Below, piece by piece: positions 62,149-64,000 of a stretch of 64,000 nucleotides of DNA. The position numbers were made by a program, and so were the translations under genes. Under the pieces are notes generated by a model. It was given only the letters and a program-made list of their open reading frames with translations, ran no database searches and had not been told where the DNA came from. Positions within the stretch are counted from its first letter, which is position 1, and every line of letters starts with the position of its first letter. The stretch covers positions 32,242,001 to 32,306,000 of the forward strand of contig NC_087251.1 of NCBI RefSeq assembly GCF_037042905.1, in the 5' to 3' direction. This stretch comes from Lytechinus pictus. Taxonomy: Eukaryota.

Positions 62149-63829
62149 CTGGGGGGAGATGAAGTAAATAAAAAAATATATCATGAAAGCATTTTAAGAA
62201 TGTTGGCATACATCCATGATAAGGTTGTGAAAACATTGCCTTATACACAGCTACATGCATATAGAGTTATATAATATTAATGTATGGATTGGTAAAACTT
62301 TGGGGGTAGTTCAGTTTTCAAATGGTTCCAATAGCACTTCCAATACTTCTACCAAGGAGCTACTATCAATGGAGGAGAAGACTATTCGGGCGACCAATCT
62401 TAAAGTGAGAATGACTAAACAACAGCAAGAGACTTACAAAGCTAACCATTATCATATAAACTAGCAACTATCCAAAGTGGTAGGACAGCACTATACGGTA
62501 GTATAGGGCCTTCATCATAGTAGAATTTGGATCATTATATTAATCTGTTCCCCGCCATAATTATGTCTTTATCAATTTATTTATGGATGTTCTCCCATCT
62601 CTCTGCCCCCCTCATTCCCCTCTATACCCATCCTTCTCTACCCATGTCCTCCTTTATACCCCCTATCCTTTATCATGTTTATCCTAACCCCCTTTCCTCT
62701 ACCTCCCCCTTCTCCTCTCTCCTTCTCATTATAGTTTTGGAGTTCAATGACTTGTCCTTGAACCCACGGTCATGTATTCTAAGAATGTTCCTAAGCTTGT
62801 ATAAGGAATAATTCAGGCGCTTGTGGGAACGGAATATTCTGTATCATCATACAGATAATGACAGAAAGAATGTTAAATGCAATGTTGAATGCACAATGGA
62901 CACTGGTTTATGGTGGTAAAATGAGATTTAGGACAAAGATAGTTCAAGAGGCCCACACTTTTTTCGTCATAATCGAAATCGCCGATGTGATGATAAATTC
63001 TTCATTTCTATTAAAAAGGGTGACCAAATGTTCTTGTATATATTCATTAGTTCAAGAATGATCCCTATAGAGACTCATATCGATTTTTTTTCCTTTCATC
63101 TCTTTCAAATGAAAGGTGTGGAACTTTGGAGGTTAAATTTTGACGCACCATTATTGGTTAATCAAATACACAATTACATGTACTTCTATTTCTCAAACCT
63201 AAAAATCTAAAATATAACTGTCTTTAGTACGAAAGATAACTGTTTAAAATGTTTAAAATTCAAAGATAAAACTTGAGACTACTTACTAAATGGATTTCGC
63301 CCTCTTCTGGGGGGAGCTTCCGTTGCAACGGCTAAAAGAGGGAGAAAATGAAACAAAATAATGAAAAACAAATCCACCTTTTCATTTCCACCAAAATATT
63401 TCATCGAGTTTTGGTTGTTAGTGAAGCTGACGCTGTCTTAATTTTTTTTCAATTCTCAGAATTTTTATCCTTGATATATTTTACAGATTACAGGTTGATC
63501 ACATTCATTATTTTTATTACCTAATCACCGGAAATTTTTTATAGCGTGTATAACCTTATATGACAATATAATTAATTAACAGCAATATTCTTATGCTACT
63601 GAGTTATAAATTATGCTAAAATAATACATGCGCATACATATTCAACACTGTTTATGTTATTTTCAATGAATTAACTATTTCAGTCATTCATAACAACCTT
63701 TACATAATTGTACCCCTCCCCTAAAAAAAAGGAGAGAATTTGAGAATGGCCAAATTTCAGCTCATGTTGAAACCTTGAATAATGTAATAAGTCACAAAAA
63801 AATGAGAGTAAAAATAACTACACTGAAGA

Positions 63830-64000
63830 CAGGGGCCGCGGGAAGGTTTCCAAAGTGGGGGGGGGGGGGGAGGGAGGGCTGAGCCAAAAGGGGGGGGGGC
63901 TGACCATGCAAAAATCACAATCATATGGTAATTTTTACGTTTTTGTACACGGTTTTGGAAAAAAGTGGGGCAGCTGAAGCCCCCCCCCCACCCCCCGCTT
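63830..64000. mobile_element. hAT-like MITE cut by the window end
   Basis: caggggccgcgg start, then G-run and C-run subterminal pattern. Confidence 0.6.

Overview
AT-rich, repeat-dense eukaryotic DNA. The MITE and LINE families suggest a marine deuterostome, probably a sea urchin (inference). One intact protein-coding gene can be rebuilt: a DNAJC4-like J-domain protein on the + strand with six coding exons (12715-21653, 247 aa, all intron phases consistent) and a probable non-coding first exon ending at 6395. Directly upstream, a 4.9-kb non-autonomous element with P-superfamily-type ends (29-bp perfect TIR, 8-bp TSD CAGTAAAT) is stacked against the end of a related element. The putative intron 1 holds a 4.9-kb foldback structure built from about 44 copies of an 18-bp palindrome. 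Further features: several nested TE insertions, a near-intact antisense Crack/L2-group LINE RT fragment just after the DNAJC4 stop, and a chimeric spliced unit carrying two STXBP4-like PDZ exons whose reading frame is broken by a MITE. A decayed zinc-finger-like segment lies between ~310-bp inverted repeats, and the probable terminal exon and long 3' UTR of a minus-strand gene enter from the right edge. Most ORFs in the supplied track are spurious. All coordinates and alignments were read by eye, and family names rest on structural hallmarks and recalled consensus motifs, not database searches.
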